A stretch of 62,922 nt of DNA, the filler included, from Stramenopiles sp. TOSAG23-3 (taxonomy: Eukaryota), in assembly GCA_900128585.1 (NCBI GenBank). It is 6 parts of 6 records of this genome, joined end to end, with 100 filler letters (N's around TTAATTAATTAA, not from the genome) between each part and the next. Parts side by side here need not be neighbours in the genome. Positions count along the whole stretch, not along the records: positions 1 to 10,420 come from LT642820.1; positions 10,521 to 20,938 come from LT642821.1; 4 more parts are not named here. One strand, 5' to 3'. Below are positions 1 through 10,718 of this stretch, one piece after another; the first letter of the stretch is position 1, and each line of letters begins with the position of its first letter. Under the pieces are notes generated by a model. It worked only from the letters and a program-made list of their open reading frames with translations, was not told where the DNA came from and did not search any database. A program made the translations under genes and the position numbers.

Positions 1-80
1 AAAGAAGGAAAGAAGGAAAGAAGGAAAGAAGGAAAGAAGGAAAGAAGGAAAGAAGGAAAGAAGGAAAGAAGGAAAGAAGA
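1..80. repeat. (AAAGAAGG)n 8-bp purine microsatellite at contig start
   Basis: About 9 perfect tandem copies read directly from the sequence. Confidence 0.95.
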
Positions 81-647
81 AGGAGGACAAAAAAGGTTGT
101 GGGGGGAGGGGTAATTTATTTGGGTAATTAGTTGTCTATTTTATTTACAAGAAGAGATACGGTAGGTATTATATTCATAGAATGGGTCAAGCAAGGTAAA
201 AAGTAAAAAAATCAATCTCTAACCAAAGACTACAGGCAAATAGCATTATTAAAAAGTGCAAAATATCTTTTCTGAAGGAAGAATAATTATTATATTAAAA
301 AATGCCCCCCCCCCCATTTCTTCCTCCTCTATTATACCGGTACTGTGGTGTTATGTCTGTATGAGTAATAAATATAATAATATTTTTTTTTTTTCAACAA
401 AAAAAAAAAAGTATGTTGTGTGTGTTGTGTTGAAGTTTTATTTCTTTTTACTTTGGTTTCCAAAAGATATTTTGTAGTTGTGATAACAAGTGGTCTTCTT
501 TCTATCTTAGATAATAGAAAACCGCGTGATTGAAATATAACGAAACACAAGCAAACCTTTCTATATCATTACTGTAGTAGCATTGACATTTCAAATTAAC
601 TGTAACGCACAACTATTATTGCTTTTCAAAAAACGATTCTGCCAAAA

Positions 648-1469
648 ATGAACCCTCCTCAAAGCGGCTTTGATCCAAGTCAGTGCAACATTGAAAACTT
701 AGGGGAAGACGCCAAAATTATCACAACGATTGGTTGCATTCTTCTGCTTCTTATTGGTCCAATCTTATGCTTTTACGGGTATAGGTTCTTTAAAATCGCA
801 CTCTTTGTTATTGGTGGTGCCCCTTGGGGCGTGATGACTTATTATGTAACTTGCGCCACGGCGTCAAACAGTATCGGAAGTGTGTCGTCCTCGCCGATGC
901 TTTATGGTGTTATTGCATTTATCCTCATGGGGTCATTAATGGTATGCTGCTGGTACTTTACGTTGTGGCTCATTGGCTTTAGTCTAGGTGCTTCGACGGC
1001 GATACTCCTGTATATCGCGGTGGCAGCGAAGGATGGCGACTTCAACCTTATGTCTAATACTGCCACAATTGCACAAGTCGTTGCGTTGGTCGTTGGCTGT
1101 GGTTGCGGTTTTGTCGCCATCAAAATTCAAAAAATGGCAATTATTGTACTAACATCAGTTATTGGGTCATACTATGCGTTATTATCAATTTCCCATCTTG
1201 CAAAAGCGGAGAATTTTCCTTCACCGCAAGCGTTGGTGCAAGGCCAAGCTGGTGGAGGGGGCTGGGTTGCCGGCACAGTGATCCTTGCAGTGATTGGAGT
1301 TTTCGTCCAGTACAAGAAGACTGCAAAGGACTATGATCACACGAAAGCGACGTGGAAAGGAGAAAAGACTGTGCTTATTATTCAGCAACAACAAGAAGGG
1401 TTGTTGCCTGTTGCAACAGATAATTTTATCACCCAACGCCATAATGGCAACGACTACAGAACAATGTAA
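648..1469 (+). CDS. TMEM198/TM7S3-like (DUF4203) multi-pass membrane protein, 273 aa
   Basis: ATG ORF with about 7 hydrophobic helices; 'IGPILCFYGYRFFKIALFVIG' and 'IIVLTSVIGSY' match DUF4203 signature segments. Confidence 0.8.
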   Translation: MNPPQSGFDPSQCNIENLGEDAKIITTIGCILLLLIGPILCFYGYRFFKIALFVIGGAPWGVMTYYVTCATASNSIGSVSSSPMLYGVIAFILMGSLMVCCWYFTLWLIGFSLGASTAILLYIAVAAKDGDFNLMSNTATIAQVVALVVGCGCGFVAIKIQKMAIIVLTSVIGSYYALLSISHLAKAENFPSPQALVQGQAGGGGWVAGTVILAVIGVFVQYKKTAKDYDHTKATWKGEKTVLIIQQQQEGLLPVATDNFITQRHNGNDYRTM

Positions 1470-1724
1470 ACTGGATCACAAAGCCAACGGTGGAATCGCA
1501 TTTCTTTTGGAAACTTCGCGTACAATTAAGATACTGCTGAGCGTTTTATATAAAAAACTTACAAAAAACTTCCCTCAATGAAAGATTTAATATTGTCGCA
1601 AATCACAAAATATTAAAACCTGAGAATTAAAGAGTTCTTACTTTCTTTTTTACTCCACACTTCGTAACAACCACAACAAAAACTACCCTCGTTTTATAAA
1701 TAAAGTTTAATCTATATAAAGTTA

Positions 1725-1910
1725 TTTAAAATGAGAGTTTCATTTAAAATGAGAGTCTTAAAACATACTAATATTAATTTTGTTTTTAAAGTGACTGGGG
1801 CATAAAAAATGTAAATATTGTTTTTTAGTTTTTACGTAGTTTTTTTTGAGAAATTTATATTAAATAACAGCCAATTTTCTTGTTTAAAATAACAGCCAAT
1901 TTTCTTGTTT
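1725..1910. repeat. Cluster of 3'-intergenic dispersed repeat modules: TTTAAAATGAGAGT x2, GAGTCTTAAAACATACTA, and tandem AAATAACAGCCAATTTTCTTGTTT x2
   Basis: The same modules recur at 15320-15533, 18462-18485, 30732-30817, 31555-31645 and 43351-43378. Confidence 0.75.
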
Positions 1911-1936
1911 TTAAAGTCTTACGAAATACTAACTTT

Positions 1937-4645
1937 CTAGCACTCACATTTTCCGACGGATTGGCAGCAAAAGAGGCACGTGTCCTCGGCGTCGTTGTCT
2001 GCGGCTGGGGCACTTGGCCCGCCAAAGCCACCATCCTTTGGATCGCGCGCCATGCTTCTTTTCTGCGCCTTCCCCTTTTGCTTTTTGTTCTGTCCCTGTG
2101 GGAGTTTTTTGAACGCTACATTCTTGAATACGTCGTTCGTAATGCTCTTGCGCAACTCCTCCCGCGCAATTTGGCGAGATGCGTACTCGTGAAAACAACC
2201 CTTGCAGACCATGGCCATGTCTCCTAGCCGGTACCGATCGCTGACGTTCACGGACGTCTCCGTCACCGCCCACCGCTTGGACGGACGAAGGCGGGAGGCG
2301 GCATGCTCCAGGGCGAGCAACTTGTAAGGCATCTGTAGAAACGGAGCGCCGTGTATCTGTTGTGGGCTGCAAAATCTACCAGGGCACTTTTTTTTGCCTC
2401 CTTTTCTACTACTTTTTCGCTCCGCTCCAACGCTTGTTCGTGGCCGGCGCTGCGGCTCTGCCGGCAGTGCGCAAGCGCGTCCCCTGGCGTTGCTGTAGTC
2501 GCAAGGAAGCAGTTTTCGCTTCATTTTTTCCAAATGTTTGTTCTTTTTCACAAAACTTGGTTTGGATCGCCTTGGACCTGGGTTTGGCGCAGTGCTTGCG
2601 CGAAGTTGTGGCAAGGAAGAATCGAGCTCGTCCAGGGCCGCCGTCAGCTCCGGGAGTTTTCTCCATCCAGCCTTCTCCTGCACAGAGAATGCCGCCACAC
2701 GGTGCAGCACCCAGTCGTGGCTCACCGACTTGCCTTTTCTCGTGCTTTTTTCTACGATAAAGTCCAGCACCAAGTCCTCTAGCTGCCGGTTCGTCCCTTT
2801 GGTTATGGTACGCTCCATCTCATGTATCATTCGCGTCAGGGGTCCCTCGATCAGACGCAGGTGCCTTCCAATTAACTTCTTCACGACGACCCTGTCCTTC
2901 AGCACCGCGTCCCCGTCGCCGACAAAATCTTCGATCTCTACCGTGAAGGCCGACGAGCCCACGTCTGCCTTGTTCTTGACGGAAAAGAATTGAATTGCTT
3001 TCTGTTGCCTCCAAACTGCCCGGACAATTCGCATTGCGTACTTCTTCTTCTGCTCCTCTGGCTGCCCAGTCGCTTGGCCCTGGTCCACAGCGGCCCCGGG
3101 CGCTTGCAACTGCCGCGCCAGCGACAGAGCGTCTTTCGAGAATTTCTGAATCACCGCATACGCCGTTGCGTACGTGCGCGCCTGAGGGCAGTCCAAAATT
3201 TCAAAGATGGCCCCCTGTATCTGAGCGGCCGTGAAGAGGGGCTGAACCGTGATGTTCGAGTCGGATTTGCTGCGTTTGGACAGCAGCGCCTTCGGTACAC
3301 CCTCTTCCCCTGGATGCTCGCCCTGGCACTCTACGGGCGGGGCCAGGTGGGCCACGAACGCTGCCATAAAGTCCCGCACTTCGTCACTCGAGGTAAATTC
3401 CAAGCGTCTCATGCCGTCGTGCGCTTGGTACATCCAGAGCCAGAGCGGCGCGCCCCCTTCGTAAGAGTACACGAGCGTTGCGGGCATCTTGATGTACTTC
3501 CAGTTCTCCACAAATGCAGCAAACGACATGCTGCTTCGAAAGTATTGCATGTAAAACTCCATCCCGGGCCGCACTGCGGTCCTTTCGTACGACCGACCAG
3601 AGAAACAGACGTCGGCGGGATCGCGAAGCAGACGGTTTCTTCCTCGACCGCTGCTGCCGCGACTTGTGGCGCTTGACTCTGAAGATCGAAACGTGGTCGC
3701 TGTCCTTTCCGTGCTTGCTGCGCTCCCTGCCTGCCGGTCCATGGTGTCCCCGGCAGCTGCGCCCCCCTCCCTGCGGTGCTGCAGAGCCGGGGTATTCAGG
3801 GTAGGAACCGTTGGTTTGGGACCTTCTGTTTCTTCGTTGTTGGGGAGAATGCGAAGCCCGCTCGACGATATTGAGGTCGGTCTCTTCGCTCCCTGTCGTG
3901 CTGGATGCCCGACCTTTTGCTTTCTGTCCCTGGAGCTCTCCGCCTTCTGCATAAAGAACATGTTCTTTGCCTTCTTGATGTCCCTGTCAATTCTTTCCTG
4001 CATGGAGAGCTTTGGCGGAACGAACTGTTTGTTGCTCAGACGATTCAAATTTTTGGATGTCAACGGCTCCTTCTTTCTCACGGCCTTTTCCCTGGTTTTC
4101 TTGCCCGCGCTAGCCCCGATCTTTTTCTTGCTGTGCATACGGTGTAAACCCATGGTCTTCTTCGTGTGCCGAACCACCAATTTTCCGCGGCTGCTCGGGC
4201 GCTTTTCTTCCCAGTTCGCATCGTCGCTGGTTAACATTTGCAGCTCGCTGGTCAAGTTTCTACCCTTCGTTGGGCTCGACAGCGTTGGCTCAGGGCTGGT
4301 AATCAATGCGTTTTCGTCGTACGCAAAATCCTTTCTCCTCCTTTCTTTTCTTCGCTCCGCCAACGGCGTGATCGGATAGCCTAACTCTTTCTTTCGCTTC
4401 GTCCGCATGTCCCCAATGTCTCGCTTCAAGTTCGACACGTCTCCGCCCAACTTTGCGAGCAGCTTTCGCGCCTTGTTCCGATACCCCAGGGAACCGTTCG
4501 ATTGAAAACCGCTCGCCAGCTCCATTTTGTCGGAAAGCTTTAACGCCGCCCGGTTCCGTTGCTCTGTGTTCTTAGCATTTAGAATTTCTTTCCTGGCCTG
4601 CTGGAGCCCAGAGTGAGACGTATCGCTCAATATACGAAACCTCAT
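1937..4645 (-). CDS. Hypothetical protein, 902 aa; basic low-complexity N-terminus, globular middle, Cys-rich C-terminus
   Basis: Long ATG ORF with coding-like GC; CPGRFC...VCKGC and terminal CLFCCQ..KCEC suggest zinc binding; no family recognised with confidence. Confidence 0.75.
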   Translation of the reverse strand: MRFRILSDTSHSGLQQARKEILNAKNTEQRNRAALKLSDKMELASGFQSNGSLGYRNKARKLLAKLGGDVSNLKRDIGDMRTKRKKELGYPITPLAERRKERRRKDFAYDENALITSPEPTLSSPTKGRNLTSELQMLTSDDANWEEKRPSSRGKLVVRHTKKTMGLHRMHSKKKIGASAGKKTREKAVRKKEPLTSKNLNRLSNKQFVPPKLSMQERIDRDIKKAKNMFFMQKAESSRDRKQKVGHPARQGAKRPTSISSSGLRILPNNEETEGPKPTVPTLNTPALQHRREGGAAAGDTMDRQAGSAASTERTATTFRSSESSATSRGSSGRGRNRLLRDPADVCFSGRSYERTAVRPGMEFYMQYFRSSMSFAAFVENWKYIKMPATLVYSYEGGAPLWLWMYQAHDGMRRLEFTSSDEVRDFMAAFVAHLAPPVECQGEHPGEEGVPKALLSKRSKSDSNITVQPLFTAAQIQGAIFEILDCPQARTYATAYAVIQKFSKDALSLARQLQAPGAAVDQGQATGQPEEQKKKYAMRIVRAVWRQQKAIQFFSVKNKADVGSSAFTVEIEDFVGDGDAVLKDRVVVKKLIGRHLRLIEGPLTRMIHEMERTITKGTNRQLEDLVLDFIVEKSTRKGKSVSHDWVLHRVAAFSVQEKAGWRKLPELTAALDELDSSLPQLRASTAPNPGPRRSKPSFVKKNKHLEKMKRKLLPCDYSNARGRACALPAEPQRRPRTSVGAERKSSRKGGKKKCPGRFCSPQQIHGAPFLQMPYKLLALEHAASRLRPSKRWAVTETSVNVSDRYRLGDMAMVCKGCFHEYASRQIAREELRKSITNDVFKNVAFKKLPQGQNKKQKGKAQKRSMARDPKDGGFGGPSAPAADNDAEDTCLFCCQSVGKCEC

Positions 4646-5309
4646 TGCAGTCTACTACGCTCGCCTTCCCTCGCTCGCATACAACGTCGTATGTCTCTAT
4701 GTCTAAAACGAAACTCCGCTTTTCTTCCTGGTTTGTAATCAATTTGAAGATAGCAAATAGTGGTTCTGTTTATAAAAACCGTTTTGTTGCCCCCAATGTT
4801 ACTTTGCTCGTGGTATTTTCTGGTAGTTTGTTTGGTTTGTTTCTTTTCTTTCTTTCTCTTCTTTCTTTTTTGTTCTTTCTTTCTCGTTTTTTGTTGTTTT
4901 TTTTGTTGTCATTGTTTTGTTGTTTGTTGTTTGGTTATTTTTTTTGGTAACGGTCGCCTTTTCTTTACTCCTCGATTTACACTTTACACTGAACAACACC
5001 AACACCCTTTTTTATACTATTTACCTGTATATACTCATTCATTTTGGAACTAACGGTTAGCCTACGAATTCAGTATAGAGATTATTTATAAATTAAAACC
5101 TATTTTGAAAGAAAACAAATATACTCTATCGAAATAATGTATACTAAAAATATACTTATCAGAAGAACATTCTTTTGCTTCTTCTAATATTTCATTGACC
5201 GTCGTCTAGGACTACACCGGAATGTTAAAAAATTGTCCATTTATTATTATCTATTTACAAAATACACACAGAGACCCGGTGAGAGAGACCAGACACACGT
5301 GTCCTCTTT

Positions 5310-8093
5310 TTACCGATCGAATTTGTCCAACGCAGCCAAGCGTTCGTTTTCAACGTCCATGTTGCCCCCGTTGGCAACGGCGGAAACGCCATAGGCGGGC
5401 GGAGCCCCACCGTACGATTGCCTGGGGGCATCGTACGCACTCGCACTGCTTTGGGACCCACCGTAGGTAGGCAGGGGAGGGTTGCCTTGGCCGGTGTTAT
5501 AGCTTGGGACGGAGTCGTATGATGGGGGTACGGTGTGCCCACTTATTGGGGGCGGTGCAAACGAGGAGACCTGCGGTGGGGAATACGCAGGTACGTCGCT
5601 GGCGAACGACGGGGGCGGCGCCGTCGGCGCAGCGCCATAAGGTGGCGGCGCATACTGTTGGCCGCCGCGCCCCATGTTCTGCAATTGCATGGCAAGCTCC
5701 GCGTCTTTCGCCATCTGGTCCGCTCGAGCGGCCTCCTCCCGGGCCTCCGTGGACTTTGAACGTTCCAGGGATTTAGCAAACGCCGCGTCCGCTTCCATCT
5801 GCACGTATGCACGGCTCTGCGCCTCGATGGAGTTCGCCAAGTCCTCGACCTCCATTCTGCGCCCTTGGCAAAAGTCCCTTGTGGTCTGGAGCAGCTGCTG
5901 AAGGTGCCTGATCATGTCGGAGTAAAATGTTTCGCCCTGCTTGACCTTTTCGTAGATGTCCATGTAGCAGTCGATGGCACGATTGATTCCGTCCAGTACG
6001 ACTTCCCGATGCTTCGTGTTGGGGTCTTTCCCTTTCAACTGCTGGAACTCTACGTTTTGCACCTTTATGGAGTCCAACAGCTCCGTTTGCAGCTTCATGC
6101 TACGGCCAATGTCTCCCCGTTGTGGCTGAAACTTGCTCTTTTCAAAGTCGAACAAGGACGCCGCGTGGGCGTCGGTCCACTCGTTGTGCAGGTCGTTGGA
6201 GGTCCCGCAACCTGCCTTCATGAGCGCCGCCACGATGTTGTCCGAACCCACGGAGCCCTTCAACTCCCTCAGCAGGGCGCTGCGTTCCGCAAGATTTGTG
6301 CTCAACTCTTTCAGCGTGGCGACCAGTTTCTTCCGAACCGGGGCCGCAGCGGCGACCGTGTTTACGGTCATGGGAGGCATCTTCGACGCTAGCTCGCCCC
6401 GCGTCTTTCCCAACAGCTTCAATATTCCCCCGTTGTCCTCTAGCAGCTTGCCCACGAAGGCGTCGGACGGCCCGACGCTCTCCAGCAAATTCTCGTAGTT
6501 CGTCAGGTCGTTCATCAAGTCAACGTTCACCGAGCTGCTTGGGGCCAACAAGGACCATTGCTGGTGCTGCTCCGAGGCCCGGCGCGTCGAATCATCCGCT
6601 GCCTCGGCCTCGAGCGCAGCCCGAACTTGCTGAAGCAACGATCGCGCCTCCTGCGCAGCCTGAGAGTTTCGCCCCAACGTTTGCGCCAACGCAGCCACTC
6701 CCCCCTTTACGCCATTGACTTCCTGCACCCTGCCCCACACGCTGTCGGGCAGGCCCACGGACTGGATCTGCGCTTCCACCGCGGCCGGAAGCCCCAACGA
6801 CGCCAGGACTTCCCTGGCCGAGTGGCTGCTCCTGTTGCACTGCTTCTCTACTTCTGTCAACATCGTGGACAGCTGCGACTCGTACTCCAGGGCCGCCTTT
6901 CGAACGACCCCTGGGATCATGGTGCGAAACAGGTCGGCGTTGAGGTCCTCCGCGGTGAGCCTGTTCCCGCCGGTGCCGAGGGGGATGGTGTCCGGGACGA
7001 TCGCCTTCGCGATCGCCTTCCCCTCGATCGTAGGCAGCGCGCTCTCGTCTGGGATTGACTCGCAGTATATCAGCTCGTTGTCCTCCTCTCGCTCTTTCTT
7101 TCGCGCCTTAATCTTGCTCAGCAGCCCGCTCACGTTGGAGCGCTCGGGGTGGCCGATCTTGCTCCCTTTCGCCTGCGTCTCCACCATTGCCAGCTCGGAC
7201 TCCCGCTCTGCCTTGGCCAGGCAGGCTATCTCCATGCCGTACCCCGCCCCCGTTTTCTCCGCGTTCGCGTGGACGACCTCGCTCTGCTTGTACCACGCCG
7301 CAGACGCGTAGCAGTGCTTCTGGAGCTTTATGTGGTTGATCCACACGCCACTCAGCACGCTGGCCAACGACGTGTTGGTCGCTATCTTGAGCGCTTTGGA
7401 AAACAGCGTCTCCGTTTCTGCGGCCAGCTTGGCGCAAAGGCTGGATTTCATTTTCTCGTTTCCCCGGGTCAGTTTCGCCGCCGGCGTTTCCAAGCACTTT
7501 TTGTAAAACAGCGCCTGGGCCTGGGCCAGCATCAGGTCTATGATCATCTGCAGCCCCTCCAGCGACAGGTCGGACGACGTAGCCCCCTTCATTTGCGGGC
7601 ACACCGAATCCTTTATTGCGCCGAACACGCCGGCGGCCTGTTGGAAGTGCTTGGCGCTAACTTTGAGGACGTCGAGGCCCGCGGCGCTGTCCCGGTCGCA
7701 GTTGAGCCCTGCAATGCTGTGCGCCGCCCCAAGGTTAAAGAGCACGCTCCCAAGCTCGTAGGTGAGGCTGTACTGGGTGACCTTTTTCTTCGGTTTGAAC
7801 GCGTCGCCCCACTGAAAACTCAGCTGGACGCCGTTCTTGCTCTCTCCGACGGGGAACTTGTCTCTCATCATCAAAATTTGCCTCGCGTACCTGCTCAGTA
7901 AGTTTATGGAGAGTTCGGTGCTAGGGCTCTGGGACGAAGCGACCTTCAGCACTTCCGTCCGCATCGAGTTCAGTTTCTTTATGCTCTCCTCTACGGTCGA
8001 ATCCGCAACGTCCGTGAAGTGTTTCTTTATGTATGACCCCAACGAGTCGGAAAAGTCCAGCTTCGTCGACTCTTTCAACGGCACGGCGAGCAT
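5310..8093 (-). CDS. ALIX: ALIX/BRO1 ESCRT adaptor (BRO1 domain + V domain + Pro-rich tail)
   Basis: 'LSFQWGDAF', 'YELGSVLFNLGA', 'LMLAQAQ', 'EDNELIYCESIP', V-domain 'GETFYSDM', tail with PTAP and PPxY; ATG at 8093 in ACCACCATG context. Confidence 0.92.
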   Translation of the reverse strand: MLAVPLKESTKLDFSDSLGSYIKKHFTDVADSTVEESIKKLNSMRTEVLKVASSQSPSTELSINLLSRYARQILMMRDKFPVGESKNGVQLSFQWGDAFKPKKKVTQYSLTYELGSVLFNLGAAHSIAGLNCDRDSAAGLDVLKVSAKHFQQAAGVFGAIKDSVCPQMKGATSSDLSLEGLQMIIDLMLAQAQALFYKKCLETPAAKLTRGNEKMKSSLCAKLAAETETLFSKALKIATNTSLASVLSGVWINHIKLQKHCYASAAWYKQSEVVHANAEKTGAGYGMEIACLAKAERESELAMVETQAKGSKIGHPERSNVSGLLSKIKARKKEREEDNELIYCESIPDESALPTIEGKAIAKAIVPDTIPLGTGGNRLTAEDLNADLFRTMIPGVVRKAALEYESQLSTMLTEVEKQCNRSSHSAREVLASLGLPAAVEAQIQSVGLPDSVWGRVQEVNGVKGGVAALAQTLGRNSQAAQEARSLLQQVRAALEAEAADDSTRRASEQHQQWSLLAPSSSVNVDLMNDLTNYENLLESVGPSDAFVGKLLEDNGGILKLLGKTRGELASKMPPMTVNTVAAAAPVRKKLVATLKELSTNLAERSALLRELKGSVGSDNIVAALMKAGCGTSNDLHNEWTDAHAASLFDFEKSKFQPQRGDIGRSMKLQTELLDSIKVQNVEFQQLKGKDPNTKHREVVLDGINRAIDCYMDIYEKVKQGETFYSDMIRHLQQLLQTTRDFCQGRRMEVEDLANSIEAQSRAYVQMEADAAFAKSLERSKSTEAREEAARADQMAKDAELAMQLQNMGRGGQQYAPPPYGAAPTAPPPSFASDVPAYSPPQVSSFAPPPISGHTVPPSYDSVPSYNTGQGNPPLPTYGGSQSSASAYDAPRQSYGGAPPAYGVSAVANGGNMDVENERLAALDKFDR

Positions 8094-8527
8094 GGTGGTT
8101 GAACAAGAAGAAAAGAAGAGCAAGGTACAACAAACAAATACACGGAAAGACAGTCCTTCTCGTTTCGTTCACAACGATTGAAAACGGAAGGGTTTAAAAA
8201 TCGAACAAATAATGGAAAAAATCTATCATTAAACGTCTTCTTAAATTTTAAACGAAACTTTTCATGGTAATAATACATACCATACCGTTCAAGGACTGTA
8301 TTTAGAACCATGCATCTCTCTTTACTTCTCCTTTCTCTACTATTATATTATTATCATAAAATAGATTATTAATAAAAAATGTTTTTTTTTTTTACTTCTT
8401 TTTTTTCTATGCTATTCATATATATTATATTTCAATCCTCCATCTTCTTCAACATAAATTTTTTAGTCTAAAAAATAGAAGAATAATCCTTCTTCATCAT
8501 CAATCCAACCACCAAAAAAAAACAAAA

Positions 8528-8641
8528 AAGAAGAAGAAGAAGACAAAGAAGAAGAAGAAGAAGAGAGAAGAAGAGAGAAGAAGAAGAAGAAAAGAAGAAG
8601 AAGAAGACAAAAGAAGAAGAAGAAGAAGAAGAAGAAGAAAA
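8528..8641. repeat. GAA-rich purine tract in divergent intergenic region
   Basis: Imperfect (GAA)n array. Confidence 0.9.
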
Positions 8642-8988
8642 ATGAGGGAGGAGGAGATATGATTGTTATTTTATATTTTATTATTAGCTATAGCTAAAAT
8701 ATATTATACCAAGAAGGGGGTTTATCGATCATCAGTTGATTGAATATTTTATTTTTAAAAAAGATACATAGTTTTATATTATGAAATAATATAGAATTAA
8801 AGAATAGAATACATATAATAATATTGAAAGAAAGTTATCGTCTAGATAATAAAACTATTGAATGAATTTCGTTATTAAAATATCATATAATAAAAGGATT
8901 CATAGATAGATCATCTAGTATTACGTGTGGGTTGGTTTGGCAGAAACCAACACCTACCCGCAACACCCACCCACCACCCCGACCACAA

Positions 8989-10020
8989 ATGGCGTGGAAA
9001 GGTCGTGGGGCATTGGCTGTTGCCATCCTCGCAGTGGTACTGGTGCCGCTCCTTGCGCTTCTCGCTGGGTGGTACGTTGTGGTGTGGACGGCGCCATATG
9101 CTGTACCAAACCTAAAGATAAAGGTGGTAGAAGGCTCGGGGCGGGATGCTCTTGTGTCTGGGCTGGCAGAGGCCGTGAAAGAGGGGCGCCCCCTTTTGGT
9201 ACGCAACGGGGTCAGCCACTGGCCAGCGTTCAAGAAGTGGAAGGATCTGGCGTACTTGGAGGACACGGTGGGGAAGAACGAGCCTGTGGTGCTTCAAACC
9301 GGCGTCCAAGAGCAGCGAAACATTCCGTTCGTCGAAACCACGTTCCATGCGTTCGTCGAGTGGTTGAAGGGCCACCCTGGGCTGGAGGATGTTCGCGAGT
9401 ACCAGCAGCTCACGGGGCTGCTGTACTACATAGCGGAAGAGTTCGACTTTTTGGAAAGAAAACCGAAACTGTACGAGGACTTGAACAATTTGACGGATTT
9501 TGACCAGCTCTCCAAAAACATGGTCGGAGGGAACAAGTTTGGCAATTTTGAAACAGCCTTTTGGATGGGTGGGGCCGGTGCGCGGACTGGCTGGCACTAC
9601 GATTACGACTATTCCTTCAACGTCCTTTGCCATTTGAAGGGGGAAAAGCGGGTGTACCTTGCCAGCCCTACCGAGTCCAAACACCTCTACCCCTCGACGG
9701 ACAGGTTCGACCCGGGCGCCATCTTGTCGTCCGTTAACTTCTGGGAACCGGACAATTCGACGTACCCTTTGTACAGAAATATTCAAGTAGAAGAGGTGAA
9801 CGTTCGGCCCGGGGATGCCTTTTTTATACCCGCAGGGTACTGGCACGCCGTAGAGAGCCTGTCTACGTCGATATCGGTGTCCGTCCGAATGATGCCAAAG
9901 TACTTGTGGGCGATCAATGGCGTCGACCGCCTGTTGGAAACTCTCCACTACTTGAATTTGTACAACCCAAAGAAAGGAAGTGTAGAAAAAGGCGAACGGG
10001 TCAAAGTTCGGGAATTGTGA
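8989..10020 (+). CDS. JmjC/cupin-like 2OG-Fe(II) oxygenase (FIH/JMJD7/HSPBAP1-like) with N-terminal membrane anchor
   Basis: 'FWMGGAGARTGWHYD' (HxD), 'LKGEKRV', 'PGDAFFIPAGYWHAVES' (distal His); hydrophobic N-terminal segment; first ATG at 8989. Confidence 0.88.
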   Translation: MAWKGRGALAVAILAVVLVPLLALLAGWYVVVWTAPYAVPNLKIKVVEGSGRDALVSGLAEAVKEGRPLLVRNGVSHWPAFKKWKDLAYLEDTVGKNEPVVLQTGVQEQRNIPFVETTFHAFVEWLKGHPGLEDVREYQQLTGLLYYIAEEFDFLERKPKLYEDLNNLTDFDQLSKNMVGGNKFGNFETAFWMGGAGARTGWHYDYDYSFNVLCHLKGEKRVYLASPTESKHLYPSTDRFDPGAILSSVNFWEPDNSTYPLYRNIQVEEVNVRPGDAFFIPAGYWHAVESLSTSISVSVRMMPKYLWAINGVDRLLETLHYLNLYNPKKGSVEKGERVKVREL

Positions 10021-10420
10021 GCGTTGGTGGTGGCAGGCAGATGACAAATCTTTGACAAATCCAGCTCAGTACCTGAACGTTTGATAAAACCTTTTATTAA
10101 ATTTAATTTATAGTCTTTCTTCTTCTCCTTCGCCTTTTTTTTTAGTTATTTTATATATACTAAAGCCTTATTTACACACTCTAATAATATAAAATACTGG
10201 AATATTTATTATCTTTTTATTAAATTACTGTACAACCGCCGGGTACCCTCGTATAATACACGACATAGCATCAACTTAAAGAATCCCATAAGATGACCAA
10301 CACCCGCACCCCCCGAAGGACAAACCAACCACGCTGTGCTACCACTGTGGATTCTACCGTACTACTTTTATTATTAAAAACAAATACAACGGTAGTACGC
10401 GTAGTATTTTTGATTTATAC

Positions 10421-10520
10421 NNNNNNNNNNNNNNNNNNNNNNNNNNNNNNNNNNNNNNNNNNNNTTAATTAATTAANNNNNNNNNNNNNNNNNNNNNNNN
10501 NNNNNNNNNNNNNNNNNNNN
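10421..10520. other. Artificial contig linker (N44-TTAATTAATTAA-N44)
   Basis: Six-frame-stop spacer flanked by Ns, identical at five positions. Confidence 0.99.
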
Positions 10521-10718
10521 CGTCTCATTGATGGTTGTCAATCATCATTTTTTTTTATAGTGCAGACCATGAACTATCCGGAGCGATATCTAAATCGACT
10601 ATATATTATAAATTAAGTTTTAATAACAGCGAATTTTTTTCTTTTAAGATTAACATGGTACTCCTGTCTTAAAATTGCTCACAACTCACAACTGGCTGCT
10701 TGAATTTCACTCCCCTTT

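Noticed and set aside
9112..10047. 311-aa antisense ORF over the JmjC gene (also 36166-37032, 23284-24081, 7149-7901 and similar)
   Set aside because: Shadow ORFs of GC-rich real genes with no recognisable motifs.
10465..10476. TTAATTAATTAA palindrome repeated every ~10.5 kb
   Set aside because: Synthetic six-frame-stop linker within N runs; not biological.
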